DNA from: Escherichia phage vB_EcoP_R4596
Length of the DNA: 45,130 bases
Sequence record: MK373771.1
Direction: 5' to 3' (one strand)
Positions within the stretch are counted from its first letter, which is position 1; the number at the start of each line of letters is the position of its first letter. The notes below the pieces were generated by a model, which made no database searches, was not told the DNA's origin, and was given only the letters and a program-made list of their open reading frames with translations. The position numbers and the translations under genes are program-made. Positions 9,435 to 18,061 of this stretch are shown here, piece by piece.

Positions 9435-9653
9435 ATGACTAAAGTATTAATTTATATGAGAGGTGCTAATAAGTGCTATGCAGTTGTAGCACCTGATGGA
9501 GTCAAGCCGTATGGTACTTCAAAAGGACTGGCATTAATAGGTGCTAGTCACAGTGCAAGTTTCCAAATGGAACTTTTTGGTCATTGGACTGAAAAAGAAT
9601 TCCGTGAGGAATTTAATGTAATTGGCAGCTTTATGGTGAAACATGCAAAATAA
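9435..9653 (+). CDS. Hypothetical protein (72 aa)
   Basis: AAGGAG Shine-Dalgarno; no motif recognized. Confidence 0.5.
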   Translation: MTKVLIYMRGANKCYAVVAPDGVKPYGTSKGLALIGASHSASFQMELFGHWTEKEFREEFNVIGSFMVKHAK

Positions 9654-9840
9654 ACACAGCCTTAAGATGTTTGATGGTCATGAAGACCTGCAAGCACAAA
9701 TTACTAACCAAGCCTTCCTGTTTGCACAGTTAACTATGGCTGAAGCAAAGAAGAACAGCCTTACTCGTGAGCAGATTATCAAGGAAGGTAGCCGTGGTGT
9801 TACTCGTCGTACCAAGAACCACAGAAGTGGTGCTCGCTAG
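9643..9840 (+). CDS. Hypothetical protein (65 aa)
   Basis: ORF overlapping the upstream gene end; weak ribosome-binding site. Confidence 0.35.
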   Translation: MQNKHSLKMFDGHEDLQAQITNQAFLFAQLTMAEAKKNSLTREQIIKEGSRGVTRRTKNHRSGAR

Positions 9841-9857
9841 TCGATAAGTCAAGGGTT

Positions 9858-9873
9858 GTCTCACGTGTGAGAC
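9858..9873. repeat. Palindrome variant GTCTCACGTGTGAGAC (copy d, 15/16)
   Basis: One substitution in the central tetranucleotide; flanks AAGGG...CCTTT can extend the stem. Confidence 0.85.
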
Positions 9874-9998
9874 AGCCTTTCATCATATTGATTGGAGGTG
9901 CATTATGCCACGTGATTATGATTCTGATTGGGACTACTATGACTCAATGAATCCAAAACCCGAACGTTCAGATGATTACTACGAAACAGAGGCAATGT

Positions 9999-12545
9999 AT
10001 GAAAACTATTGATTGGAAGAAGGAAGCAGAAGGGCGCATCCTAGTGATGGATGCTGAAAGTAAAGGTCTGCTTGATGCTATCCGCTACGGTCATCGTGAA
10101 GATGTACACATCATTTGCTGCATGGACTTGCTCACCACTGAGGAGTTCCTCTTCTTCGACCCATATGAGATGCGTGATCCTGAAGCGAGGGAGCGCCTGA
10201 AAGAATGGGAAGGCCATCAAGATGGAACCTTGGTTGATGGTGTTAATTTCCTGAAGCATTGTGAAGCTATTGTGTCGCAGAACTTCCTAGGATATGACGG
10301 TCTTCTCTTTGAGAAAGCGTTCCCTGATATCTGGAAAGGCTTTAATTATACCGAGAAGCGCGGCAAGGGCAGACTCCGTGCCGACCTGTGTCCTGTGCGA
10401 GTCATGGACACGCTGGTGATGAGCCGCCTGTTAAACCCCGATAGACGCCTTCCTCCGCAAGCATATGCCAAAGGTATGGGTAACGTCGCCCCTCATTCAA
10501 TTGAGGCGCACGGCATCCGTATAGGACGCTATAAGCCGGAGAATGAGGACTGGTCTAAACTAACTGACCACATGGTTCACCGTGTCCGCGAGGACGTGGC
10601 AATCGGTCGTGACCTTTTCCTGTGGCTGTACAATGGAGAGTGGACGGAGCATAAACGCCGTGGCGTGAATAAACGCACTGGCCTAGGCATTGAGACAGCC
10701 TTCCACATGGAGTCTATTGTGGCGCTGGAGATGAGCCGTCAGGCAGAGCGTGGATTCCGTCTGGATATTGACAAAGCACTAGCGCGATGCGAAGAACTGG
10801 ACGCTAAGATTGATGAGACAGTCGCAGCGTTCCGCCCTCACATGCCTATGCGTATCAAGTCTAAACCTTTTAAACCGGAAGAAAAGAATGAAGTATGCCA
10901 ACGCGCAAATGAGTATGGAGCTAGCAACAATATACCTACTGTCCTTGACCCCTCACACTTTCTTCATGCCGAGAGACGAGGAGATCGCAAGACAGTATGG
11001 AGTGTCACTACTAAGTCTGGTGATTGGTCGGCTAGCGTCAAGAAAGACTTTCCTCACCTTAGAGGAAACCGTAATGACACGCCAAGCATCAAGTGGATTG
11101 GCGCTTACTCGCCTGTTACTTTCGAAGAGATTCCCTTGGGTAACAGGGATACAGTTAAGCAAGTGCTCTATGATTATGGATGGAAAGGTGTTGAATTTAA
11201 CGATACCGAGCAAGCGCATCTCGATGAGCATGGCGTATTACCCAAACCTTGGAGTGGAAAGATAAATGAGAAATCCCTTACTTTATGGCAAGAAAGAGCC
11301 GCACGTGAAGGTAAAACAGTACCAGATTGGTGCTTGGGTATCGCTGCATGGTACATACTCGTATCCCGTCGTGGTCAGATCCTCAACCGTGGTGACGTTG
11401 AAGCCTTCGATCAGAAGGGGGCGTGGCCTTCGCAAGCTGGTGTACGAAAGTGTCGCGGCCTTATACCTGTAGCCTTTAACAAGGAATTAGGAATCAATGC
11501 GCAACAATACTACGAGAGGTATGGGTATTGGCCTACGTCTGACAAGGATGACGGAGAGTGGCGTGTGCCAGCTATTGCTATTAGTATTGGCACTTCTACG
11601 TTCCGTATGCGTCATCGCAATGTGGTTAATATTCCTGCCCGTGGCTTGTATCCTTTACGTGATTTATTCATAGCAGGTAAAGGTAAGCTAATCCTTGGTT
11701 GTGATGGTGCAGGTCTTGAACTACGTGTACTTTCTCACTTCATGAATGACCCTGAGTACCAAGATATTGTACTGCATGGCGATATACATACTCATAACCA
11801 GATGAAGGCGGGTCTTCCTAAGCGTGATATGGCGAAGACATTTATATATGCCTTCCTTTACGGCTCTGGTATAGCTAACCTTGCAGCAGTGTGCGGTGTT
11901 ACTGAGGAAGAAATGAAGGAAGTTGTGGCAAGATTCGAGATTGAATTACCATCCCTTGCACGTCTTCGTGAGAATGTTATCGCACAAGGCAACAAGTTTG
12001 GATACTTACAAGCACCTGACGGGCATTGGGGTCGCATCCGTATGTCTGGTGGAGAACTTAAAGAGCACACTATGCTTAATGTATTACTCCAAATGACTGG
12101 CTCTTTGTGTATGAAATACGCATTGGTCAAAGCGTTTGCAGTGATGCGCAAGGAAGGTGTGGCCTTAGATAGTATGGGACACCCTTGTGGTGTAGCTAAC
12201 GTGCACGATGAAATCCAGATGGAAGTACCTGAAGAAGAGGTATTGTATCTTAACTACGACCTACCTTTCACCTTAGAGGGGTTTGAAACAGAGAAGGCTG
12301 CTGTGAAAGCAGTATTCGATGCAGAGGAGAAACGTGTTCATGTGGATTCTGAAGGACGTATGTGGTCTGCTGCAAATCTCATTAGTGTTGATGCTGCTGC
12401 TGGTGTACTTCATTGCCAGCGTCGTTATCACCGCGCAGGGCATATCATTGCCGACGCCATGACTTGGGCTGGTCAGTATCTGAAGATGCGTTGCCCGATG
12501 GCAGGCGAGTATAAGATTGGCGCAAGCTGGAAGGAAACGCACTAG
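9999..12545 (+). CDS. DNA polymerase, family A with 3'-5' exonuclease domain (T7 gp5-like)
   Basis: Exo motif ILVMDAESKGL, motif B KTFIYAFLYGSG, motif C VANVHDEIQMEV; likely start ATG 9999 with GAGG ribosome-binding site (track begins at 9972). Confidence 0.93.
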   Translation: MKTIDWKKEAEGRILVMDAESKGLLDAIRYGHREDVHIICCMDLLTTEEFLFFDPYEMRDPEARERLKEWEGHQDGTLVDGVNFLKHCEAIVSQNFLGYDGLLFEKAFPDIWKGFNYTEKRGKGRLRADLCPVRVMDTLVMSRLLNPDRRLPPQAYAKGMGNVAPHSIEAHGIRIGRYKPENEDWSKLTDHMVHRVREDVAIGRDLFLWLYNGEWTEHKRRGVNKRTGLGIETAFHMESIVALEMSRQAERGFRLDIDKALARCEELDAKIDETVAAFRPHMPMRIKSKPFKPEEKNEVCQRANEYGASNNIPTVLDPSHFLHAERRGDRKTVWSVTTKSGDWSASVKKDFPHLRGNRNDTPSIKWIGAYSPVTFEEIPLGNRDTVKQVLYDYGWKGVEFNDTEQAHLDEHGVLPKPWSGKINEKSLTLWQERAAREGKTVPDWCLGIAAWYILVSRRGQILNRGDVEAFDQKGAWPSQAGVRKCRGLIPVAFNKELGINAQQYYERYGYWPTSDKDDGEWRVPAIAISIGTSTFRMRHRNVVNIPARGLYPLRDLFIAGKGKLILGCDGAGLELRVLSHFMNDPEYQDIVLHGDIHTHNQMKAGLPKRDMAKTFIYAFLYGSGIANLAAVCGVTEEEMKEVVARFEIELPSLARLRENVIAQGNKFGYLQAPDGHWGRIRMSGGELKEHTMLNVLLQMTGSLCMKYALVKAFAVMRKEGVALDSMGHPCGVANVHDEIQMEVPEEEVLYLNYDLPFTLEGFETEKAAVKAVFDAEEKRVHVDSEGRMWSAANLISVDAAAGVLHCQRRYHRAGHIIADAMTWAGQYLKMRCPMAGEYKIGASWKETH

Positions 12546-12729
12546 TGGATAGATTAGATATTGTTTGCTTGTTCTTTACCTTCTTTCTTGTCTTTCTTAT
12601 GCTTGCTTGTTATGGAAGTATTCAGGTAAATATACCTGATGAAGAGGAAGGATACGACTGAGTTATACTCAAGGTCACTTACGAGTGGCCTTTATGAATA
12701 ACTTACTCCTACTTATTTTGTCTAACATG

Positions 12730-12752
12730 ATTTACTGGACACTATAGAAGGA
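12730..12752 (+). promoter_or_regulatory. Phage-RNAP promoter
   Basis: ATTTACTGGACACTATAGAAGG. Confidence 0.75.
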
Positions 12753-12816
12753 AAGCCTAGGTAATCTAGGTTTATAAGGTAGTATAGGTAATTAAGTAAA
12801 TATAGGAGATATAAAT

Positions 12817-13194
12817 ATGTCTATGGTAACTACTCTGGTATTCGTAGCTCAATACTTTCGTGGCCTGGCTAATAAGTTTAAACAGAAAGCAATCTTTGCA
12901 ATTCAAGAACGTATTAATAAAATTGAAGAAGAACAAGTAGATGTAGAGGAACATCGTAGTTCTCAGATGATTGACCTGCATAATCGTCTGTACAAAGATC
13001 GTGATGAGATGCGTCACCGTCATGCGAAGGAAGTTGAAGACATGCTTAACCGCCATGCGGAAGAACAAGCTAAGTTGGAAACCACCTTCCATGAGGATAA
13101 ACGTAGCATCGCTCTAGCACATCAAGCTGCATCGGATATCCTGAAGAGAGAGATTGTTATGCTGGAGATTGAGTTAGACAATCTTACCAAATAA
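12817..13194 (+). CDS. Hypothetical protein with hydrophobic N-terminus and charged coiled-coil region (125 aa)
   Basis: GGAGA ribosome-binding site; no family recognized. Confidence 0.55.
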   Translation: MSMVTTLVFVAQYFRGLANKFKQKAIFAIQERINKIEEEQVDVEEHRSSQMIDLHNRLYKDRDEMRHRHAKEVEDMLNRHAEEQAKLETTFHEDKRSIALAHQAASDILKREIVMLEIELDNLTK

Positions 13195-13216
13195 TTACTG
13201 GACACTATAGAACAAT
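13193..13216 (+). promoter_or_regulatory. Phage-RNAP promoter
   Basis: AATTACTGGACACTATAGAACAATAGG. Confidence 0.7.
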
Positions 13217-13356
13217 AGGTCGGCTTAGTTCGGCCTATGATTGTAAAGTGTTGAACCTTATTGTGCATCTTGCACAACCCGATACAGTATCGGGCTTTCT
13301 AGTGAGTACATGCTTGTGCTCAGTACAAAGCTAACTGACGATAGGAGACTAAATAA

Positions 13357-14163
13357 ATGGCACGTGGTGATTTTGATTTTGGTGCTCAGGTTACTAAAGC
13401 TGAAGGTAAAGTATTTAAGAACCCTGAAGTTGGTGATCATGAAGCAGTAATCTCTGGCATCATTCATGTTGGTTCCTTCCAAGATATTTTTAAGAAAGGT
13501 AATACCACTGAGGTTAAGAAGCCAGCAAACTTTGTTCTAGTTAAGATTATCCTGATGGGTGACGATGACAAGAATGAAGATGATTCTCGCATGGAACAGT
13601 GGATGGCTGTACCGCTGAAGTCTGGTGACAAGGCAACCTTGACTAAGTTCTTGAATGCAGTTGACCCCAAAGAATTGCTTGGTGGCTTCGATGACTTCAT
13701 CGGTGAATGCCTGACTGCAACCATGGTTGGTTCTGGTGATAAGAATGACGATGGCTCATTCAAGTATGTTAACTGGAAGGGTTTTGGTGGTATGCCGGAC
13801 AAGCTGAAGAAACTTGTCATTGCTCAGGTTGAAGAGGAAGGTCTGTCTATGACAGGTCATATTACCTTTGACAAGCTGACCAAAGAAATCCTTGATGACA
13901 TTCCTGCTAACTTGGTACGCCAATACTTCCTGAATGAAACCCCTCGTGGTAAGAACCTGTCTGTTGCTGGTTCTCACGTAGAAGAAATCATTAAAGCTGC
14001 TCGTGAAGAAGATCCTGAGTGGAAGAAGGCTAAGAAGAAAGATGACGAGGATGCTACTCCAGCTAATCGTAAGTCTCTGGACACTGGCGAGTCTGTTCCA
14101 CAGGAAGTGCCGGAGGCAGAGGACACTCCTGCACCGGAAATGGATGAAGACGCGGAATACTAA
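13357..14163 (+). CDS. Putative ssDNA-binding protein (gp2.5-like role inferred, 268 aa)
   Basis: Position in the replication module and acidic C-terminal tail ...PEMDEDAEY ending in an aromatic residue, as in the T7 gp2.5 and gp4 tails; no direct sequence match recalled. Confidence 0.35.
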   Translation: MARGDFDFGAQVTKAEGKVFKNPEVGDHEAVISGIIHVGSFQDIFKKGNTTEVKKPANFVLVKIILMGDDDKNEDDSRMEQWMAVPLKSGDKATLTKFLNAVDPKELLGGFDDFIGECLTATMVGSGDKNDDGSFKYVNWKGFGGMPDKLKKLVIAQVEEEGLSMTGHITFDKLTKEILDDIPANLVRQYFLNETPRGKNLSVAGSHVEEIIKAAREEDPEWKKAKKKDDEDATPANRKSLDTGESVPQEVPEAEDTPAPEMDEDAEY

Positions 14164-14169
14164 GGAGGG

Positions 14170-14391
14170 ATGATGAAGGTACAAATCGTAACCCTGCACT
14201 GCAAGAAGGGCATTACAACCCTTGGCGGAAACACTTTTCACTCCTTCTCTGAAGGGGAGACATATTCTGACCTGCACTACATCTGGCGCGATGGGCAGCA
14301 CGTGGTGAACTACAGCGACCCCGCTACAGGGAAACGCCACGGCGTATCTCTTCCGGCGCACGACATTGCTCAGGTGAACACAGTTTTATAA
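14170..14391 (+). CDS. Hypothetical protein (73 aa)
   Basis: AAGGAGGG Shine-Dalgarno; no motif recognized. Confidence 0.5.
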   Translation: MMKVQIVTLHCKKGITTLGGNTFHSFSEGETYSDLHYIWRDGQHVVNYSDPATGKRHGVSLPAHDIAQVNTVL

Positions 14392-14392
14392 A

Positions 14393-14408
14393 GTCTCACA
14401 TGTGAGAC
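14393..14408. repeat. 16-bp perfect palindrome GTCTCACATGTGAGAC (copy e)
   Basis: Read directly; 2 nt after the stop of the 14170-14391 gene and 14 nt before the promoter. Confidence 0.9.
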
Positions 14409-14422
14409 AAATCGGTGTCCAG

Positions 14423-14446
14423 TATTTACTGGACACTATAGAAGAG
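14423..14446 (+). promoter_or_regulatory. Phage-RNAP promoter
   Basis: GTATTTACTGGACACTATAGAAGAG; its upstream half lies in a 9-bp inverted repeat GTGTCCAGT / ACTGGACAC (14415-14436). Confidence 0.75.
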
Positions 14447-14495
14447 AAGAATTTTAATCGGCGATAATGCCATAACTAACAAAGGAGAATTTAAT

Positions 14496-14864
14496 ATGTT
14501 CAAGATTGAAACTATCGTAAACCGTGTTGTTAAAGGTGCTGCTCTGGTGTCCGTTGAATCTTTCATTATCGTCGATGAAGCTGATCAACTGGTAGCTGGC
14601 ACTAAGGCTTACGATACCCGTGAAGAAGCTCAGGCTAAGATTGACAGCATGGGTAACTTTGCTGCTGGTCTGGAGTTCGCTCGTGCTTGCTTCCCTGAGC
14701 AGGCTGACAAAGCACAGATTGGTAAGGCTAATATCGTAGCTGAATATCTGGATTGGGTTGCTGCTGGTAAACCAGTGAAAGAAGCTAAGGCTGAAGAAGC
14801 TGAAGCTCCTGCAGTAGAAGAAACCAAAGCAGAAGAAGCTCTGTCTGCTGAAGAAGAATTTTAA
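14496..14864 (+). CDS. Small acidic protein of unknown function (122 aa), boxed by its own promoter and terminator
   Basis: AAAGGAGA ribosome-binding site; C-terminal tail ...EAKAEEAEAPAVEETKAEEALSAEEEF ending in Phe. Confidence 0.65.
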   Translation: MFKIETIVNRVVKGAALVSVESFIIVDEADQLVAGTKAYDTREEAQAKIDSMGNFAAGLEFARACFPEQADKAQIGKANIVAEYLDWVAAGKPVKEAKAEEAEAPAVEETKAEEALSAEEEF

Positions 14865-14870
14865 TTGATG

Positions 14871-14905
14871 CCCTGTCTGCCTTAGTGTAGGCAGGGTCTT
14901 TTGTG
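14871..14905 (+). terminator. Tphi-like stem-loop terminator
   Basis: CCCTGTCTG-CCTTAGTG-TAGGCAGGG then TCTTTTGTG; covaries with the capsid terminator at 23931. Confidence 0.7.
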
Positions 14906-14928
14906 TAATAGTTATTGGAGAATGAATT

Positions 14929-15222
14929 ATGCCGACTATTGAAGAACGTTTCCTGATTCACGTAGACTTCTCACCCATACATCTTGGTTATCTTATCACT
15001 ATTCTCTTAGGAGAGGAGGTTTATCTACATAATTACCTTATACCTGAATATGTATGTTTTAGGGATAAGATACACCCGCTTACTTGGGCACAAGAGTGGC
15101 TGCGTGAACATGTGCTGAAGGAGTGGCCTACATGCGACCAAACTTCGACTTCGGAGCTACAGTATCGGAAGACAATAATCTCATCCTGTGGCCGACTGAA
15201 GGTGAGAGAATCGCTCTCATAG
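14929..15222 (+). CDS. Hypothetical protein (97 aa)
   Basis: GGAGA ribosome-binding site just after the terminator; overlaps the exonuclease start by about 90 nt in another frame. Confidence 0.35.
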   Translation: MPTIEERFLIHVDFSPIHLGYLITILLGEEVYLHNYLIPEYVCFRDKIHPLTWAQEWLREHVLKEWPTCDQTSTSELQYRKTIISSCGRLKVRESLS

Positions 15223-16160
15223 ATGCTGACATGTTACCTTATATCGTAGGGTACACAATCAGTGACATGACTTATGTACGAGCCACAACTCGTGTTAAGT
15301 CAGGACAAGTCCAATCAATCAAAGATACACCTGAGTGTAAGCAAGCATGTGACCGTGTGAACTCCTTGCTTAACTCTTGGGTGTATGCAGCAGAGTGTGA
15401 TGCAGCTAAGCTATTCATGACAAAATCAGAAGCTAACTTCCGTGTTCGCCTAGCATTCACCAAGCCTTATAAGGGTCAACGTAAGACCGAGAAGCCTCCA
15501 TTCTTCTATGAATTACGAGAGCATCTCTTAGAGGTGCATGGTGCAATCTTGGCTGATGGTGAGGAAGCAGATGACCTAATGAGCATCGCACAATGGGACA
15601 GCCATCGCCGCTTCCAGCAAGATACAGGTAACGAGTTCCCTATCGGTAGTCCAGAGCATAAAGCATTCTCTGATACTTGCATCGTTTCCTTAGATAAGGA
15701 TTTGATGATTGTTCCCGGTTGGCATCTACTGCCGGGAGGTGAGAAGAAATGGGTAGAGCCTATGGGTTGGCTTGAGCTACGCCGCAAGGCTAATGGTCAA
15801 GTGAAAGACCTTAAAGGTGCTGGCCTCATGTTCCATTATGCACAGATGATTATCGGTGATGACATAGATAATTATGCTGGCATACCTGGGCGTGGAGCTA
15901 AATATGCCTATGATCTTCTCAAAGATTGCAAGACAGAGAAAGAGTTGTACATGGCAGTGCTTGGTGCTTACAAGGCTAAGTTCGGACATGGACAAGTTAA
16001 GATTAAGAATTACCGAGGTGGTTATCGTATCGGCAAGGCTTTTGATCTCATGCTTGAATGTGGTCGCCTAGCTCACATGGCGAGATTCAAAGGTGATATC
16101 TGGAGGGCTGATAAGAATGAAATCTTATGGGGAGAAGGTGATGGATGGCTAGTAAACTAA
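15132..16160 (+). CDS. 5'-3' exonuclease (T7 gp6-like, FEN family)
   Basis: GDDIDNYAGIPGRG and AHMARFKGD match T7 gp6 GDITDGYSGIAGWG and ARILRFNEY as recalled; GAAGGAG Shine-Dalgarno 8 nt before ATG 15132 (track begins at GTG 15123). Confidence 0.8.
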   Translation: MRPNFDFGATVSEDNNLILWPTEGERIALIDADMLPYIVGYTISDMTYVRATTRVKSGQVQSIKDTPECKQACDRVNSLLNSWVYAAECDAAKLFMTKSEANFRVRLAFTKPYKGQRKTEKPPFFYELREHLLEVHGAILADGEEADDLMSIAQWDSHRRFQQDTGNEFPIGSPEHKAFSDTCIVSLDKDLMIVPGWHLLPGGEKKWVEPMGWLELRRKANGQVKDLKGAGLMFHYAQMIIGDDIDNYAGIPGRGAKYAYDLLKDCKTEKELYMAVLGAYKAKFGHGQVKIKNYRGGYRIGKAFDLMLECGRLAHMARFKGDIWRADKNEILWGEGDGWLVN

Positions 16161-16555
16161 AATCTTCAGAGGTGGCAGCTTATAAGAAAGAGCTTATGGA
16201 GAAGCAAGGTTGGAAGTGTCCTCTGTGCGGAGGCAGCCTTAAGGCAGTAAGTCCTATCAACCGTGTACTTGACCATGATCATGAGACAGGTTTCTGTCGT
16301 GCTGTTGTGTGTCGTGGCTGCAACGGTGCAGAAGGAAAGATTAAGGGTGTTATATCTGGCTACGGAAAGGCAGGTAATAACCGCTACTTCCAACTACAAT
16401 GGTTAGAACGCCTGTATAACTACTGGAAGTTGCATAGTACACCTCAGACAGATAAGTTATATCATAATCATAAAACGGAGGCAGAGAAACGAGAGGCTAA
16501 AAATCGTAAGGCTCGCCTTGCTTATGCAAGAAAGAAGGAGGTTAAGAGTGGCTAA
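16145..16555 (+). CDS. Endonuclease VII-like Holliday-junction resolvase (T4 gp49 family)
   Basis: CPLCGG...LDHDHETGFCRAVVCRGCNGAEGKIKG...LQWLERLYNYW matches the T4 endonuclease VII zinc/HNH-like core as recalled. Confidence 0.8.
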   Translation: MASKLKSSEVAAYKKELMEKQGWKCPLCGGSLKAVSPINRVLDHDHETGFCRAVVCRGCNGAEGKIKGVISGYGKAGNNRYFQLQWLERLYNYWKLHSTPQTDKLYHNHKTEAEKREAKNRKARLAYARKKEVKSG

Positions 16556-17555
16556 ACTTCGTAGCCTTTATAAAGACTCCGAGGTGCTTGATGCAATCGA
16601 GCAAGCTACCGACGAGAAAGGTAATGTTAACTATAATGAGATGGCGAAGGTTCTATCTAGCCACCCTGTGGGTAAGAAGATCACCCGTCAACTTGCTCGC
16701 TACTGGCATGGTCAATTCAAGAAGACCAAGAAGAATGGTGATTATTACCAGACTCTTCTGCAAGAGGATAAGCGTATCAAAGAAGAGCGTAAGCTCAGGA
16801 CTCCTGACCGCTACGAGGATTTGGCTATTGTACCATTGCCTGACTCGCCTCATCGAAGTGTACTGGTAATCCCTGATACTCATGCACCTTATGAGCACCC
16901 AGATACCTTAGAGTTCCTTGCAGCAGTGGCAGCACGTTATCGACCAGACACAGTGGTACATCTTGGAGATGAGGCAGATAAACATGCCCTGTCATTCCAT
17001 GATTCGGATCCAAATTTGGACAGTGCTGGCATGGAGTTAGAGAAGGCTCGTGTCTTCATGCACAAGTTGCACAAGATGTTCCCTGTGATGCGCCTGTGTC
17101 ATTCTAACCATGGCTCTATGCACTTCCGTAAGGCAAGCGCCAAGGGTATTCCAGTACAATATCTGCGTACCTACCGTGAAGTCTTCTTCCCGCAGGGAGG
17201 TGGCGACCAGTGGGACTGGCAGCATACGCATGTACTTGAGTTACCGAATGGCGAACAGGTGGCGTTCAAGCATCAACCTGCCGGCTCTGTCCTAGCAGAT
17301 GCAGCGCATGAGCGTATGAACCTTGTGTGTGGTCATCTGCATGGCAAGATGTCTGTGGAGTATGCACGTAATACCCATGAGCAGTATTGGGCTGTGCAGG
17401 GTGGCTGTCTAATTGATGAGTCATCTCGTGCATTTGCCTATGGTCGAGAGTCTAAGTACAAGCCAGCATTAGGTTGTGTGGTTATTCTGGATGGTGTGCC
17501 GCACATTGTCCCGATGCAGACCAATAGTGACAATCGCTGGATTGGTAAGATTTAG
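16548..17555 (+). CDS. Calcineurin-like metallophosphoesterase with about 100-aa N-terminal extension
   Basis: Motifs VIPDTHAP, HLGDEADK, HSNHG, CGHLHG; likely GTG 16548 start with AAGGAGG Shine-Dalgarno 7 nt upstream (track begins at 16518). Confidence 0.75.
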   Translation: MAKLRSLYKDSEVLDAIEQATDEKGNVNYNEMAKVLSSHPVGKKITRQLARYWHGQFKKTKKNGDYYQTLLQEDKRIKEERKLRTPDRYEDLAIVPLPDSPHRSVLVIPDTHAPYEHPDTLEFLAAVAARYRPDTVVHLGDEADKHALSFHDSDPNLDSAGMELEKARVFMHKLHKMFPVMRLCHSNHGSMHFRKASAKGIPVQYLRTYREVFFPQGGGDQWDWQHTHVLELPNGEQVAFKHQPAGSVLADAAHERMNLVCGHLHGKMSVEYARNTHEQYWAVQGGCLIDESSRAFAYGRESKYKPALGCVVILDGVPHIVPMQTNSDNRWIGKI

Positions 17556-17572
17556 TTGACACTATAGAACAA
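17550..17572 (+). promoter_or_regulatory. Phage-RNAP promoter, closest copy to the SP6 consensus
   Basis: ATTTAGTTGACACTATAGAACAAAGG. Confidence 0.7.
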
Positions 17573-17622
17573 AGGGTAGGTATTAGCTTGCCCTTGATTG
17601 TATAGTGAATGGAGGAATTAAT

Positions 17623-18060
17623 ATGTCACACTATGAATGTAATAAATGCCATAATCGCTATGATGATTGCACTTGTGATGCGCATAAAGATGAGAGTATT
17701 AAGCCAGAGCATCACCCTTTATGTGATTACATGTTGTCTAACTGTGTAGAGAAATGTGACTGTAAAACAGAGTGGTTTAAAGAAAGAATGGCTAAAATGG
17801 ATAAGAAGGAAGAAAAAACCAGTAATGATATGGTCACTAAACCCAAGCACTACGAGTTCTTCGATGGCGTAGAGGCAATTACTATCATCGCCCGTAGTAT
17901 GACCGAGAAGCAATTCGCGGGGTATTGCATGGGTAATGCTTTGAAGTATCGTCTGCGTGCAGGTAAGAAGTTCAATACTGAAGAAGACCTGAAGAAAGCA
18001 GACTACTACAAAGAGTTATTCCAGAAGCATCGTCACGAATGTATTGATGAGGATATTTGA
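17623..18060 (+). CDS. Cys/His-rich protein with DUF3310-like C-terminal domain
   Basis: N-terminus CNKCHNRYDDCTCDAH...CDYMLSNCVEKCDCK; C-terminal KPKHYEFFDGVEAITIIARSM...GNALKYRLRAGKK...DLKKADYY resembles DUF3310 as recalled; GGAGGA ribosome-binding site before ATG 17623. Confidence 0.5.
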   Translation: MSHYECNKCHNRYDDCTCDAHKDESIKPEHHPLCDYMLSNCVEKCDCKTEWFKERMAKMDKKEEKTSNDMVTKPKHYEFFDGVEAITIIARSMTEKQFAGYCMGNALKYRLRAGKKFNTEEDLKKADYYKELFQKHRHECIDEDI

Positions 18061-18061
18061 T

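Noticed and set aside
9905-10012. 35-aa Asp/Tyr-rich ORF overlapping the DNA polymerase start
   Set aside because: Good ribosome-binding site, but very short and overlapping the polymerase initiation region; it may be only a leader.
12545-12660. 38-aa hydrophobic ORF starting at GTG 12545 after the DNA polymerase
   Set aside because: Plausible ribosome-binding site, but a GTG start overlapping the polymerase stop, the short length and the lack of any motif make it too uncertain to annotate.
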